Position numbers and translations under genes: made by a program. Below the pieces are notes generated by a model. The model ran no database searches, had not been told where the DNA came from, and saw only the letters and a program-made list of their open reading frames with translations. Positions 63,901-64,000 of a stretch of 64,000 nucleotides of DNA are shown here, piece after piece (within the stretch, counting starts at the first letter, position 1; every line of letters starts with the position of its first letter). The stretch lies in assembly GCA_016219175.1 (NCBI GenBank), contig JACRCD010000032.1:1963-65962 (forward strand), written 5' to 3'. This stretch comes from Deltaproteobacteria bacterium (lineage in GTDB: Bacteria > Desulfobacterota > Desulfobulbia > Desulfobulbales > SURF-16).

Positions 63901-64000
63901 ATGCCGAAACTGGCAATTTTAACCTACCATTATATTCGCACATTAGAGAATATCCTGCAAAGAAGGATTTTGGGGCCCCTTCGTGAATCTTTCGAGGATC
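63901..64000 (+). CDS. 5' end of a CDS leaving the window (possibly polysaccharide deacetylase-like)
   Basis: ATG 63901 sits 3 nt after the previous stop, and the frame stays open to the window end. MPKLAILTYHYIR resembles deacetylase N-termini, but only 33 codons are visible. Confidence 0.3.
   Translation, partial: MPKLAILTYHYIRTLENILQRRILGPLRESFED

Overview
The window reads as a chromosomal segment from an anaerobic, Desulfobacterota-like bacterium; that taxonomic guess rests only on gene content and style. All calls come from manual motif reading of the ORF track and the DNA; no searches or computations were run.

Layout, left to right:
- 0.5-4.6 kb: a heme-c (CxxCH) sensor kinase, then an NtrC-type regulator interrupted by two consecutive in-frame TAG codons.
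- 4.6-12.2 kb: small housekeeping genes, a secreted PHP-like protein paired with a CTERM-sorting protein, and a metal-uptake cluster with no ATPase.
- 12.3-16.6 kb: gnd-zwf-glk.
- 16.9-21.8 kb: a dTDP-rhamnose operon (rfbC, rfbD, rfbB) preceded by only the last 50 codons of rfbA, followed by two glycosyltransferases.
- 22 kb: a Y1/HUH transposase-like gene.
- 23.1-39.6 kb: one co-directional minus-strand array. It starts with a type II secretion-like system (E, F, H, I, J, K, a PilM-PilN fusion, PilO/GspM-like, PilP/GspC-like, and a lipoprotein secretin; no GspG or GspO). A periplasmic binding protein, a histidine kinase, a sigma54 regulator and a TonB-dependent receptor follow.
- 39.7-43.0 kb: an AT-rich zone packed with a roughly 150-bp nested-palindrome repeat family. 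One further copy lies at 366-498. The zone also holds a small GIY-YIG nuclease ORF bracketed by perfect 27-bp inverted repeats.
- 41.6-48.3 kb: four secreted proteins, namely a CAP-like protein, a monocistronic sequon-rich S-layer-like protein, a small unknown, and a transglutaminase-elicitor-like cysteine-enzyme fold carrying four copies of a module also present in the S-layer-like protein.
- 50.5-57.8 kb: an STT3/PglB-type oligosaccharyltransferase with glycosyltransferases and an AsnB-type amidotransferase.
- 57.8-64 kb: a regulator, an RfaH-like antiterminator and an ops-like element, leading into a visibly AT-richer nonulosonic-acid-type sugar cluster.

Best candidates for something new:
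- the secreted surface-protein, transglutaminase-like and N-oligosaccharyltransferase neighbourhood;
- the GIY-YIG unit with its repeat family;
- the tandem-amber response regulator;
- the hybrid T2SS coupled to a two-component system and a TonB-dependent receptor.
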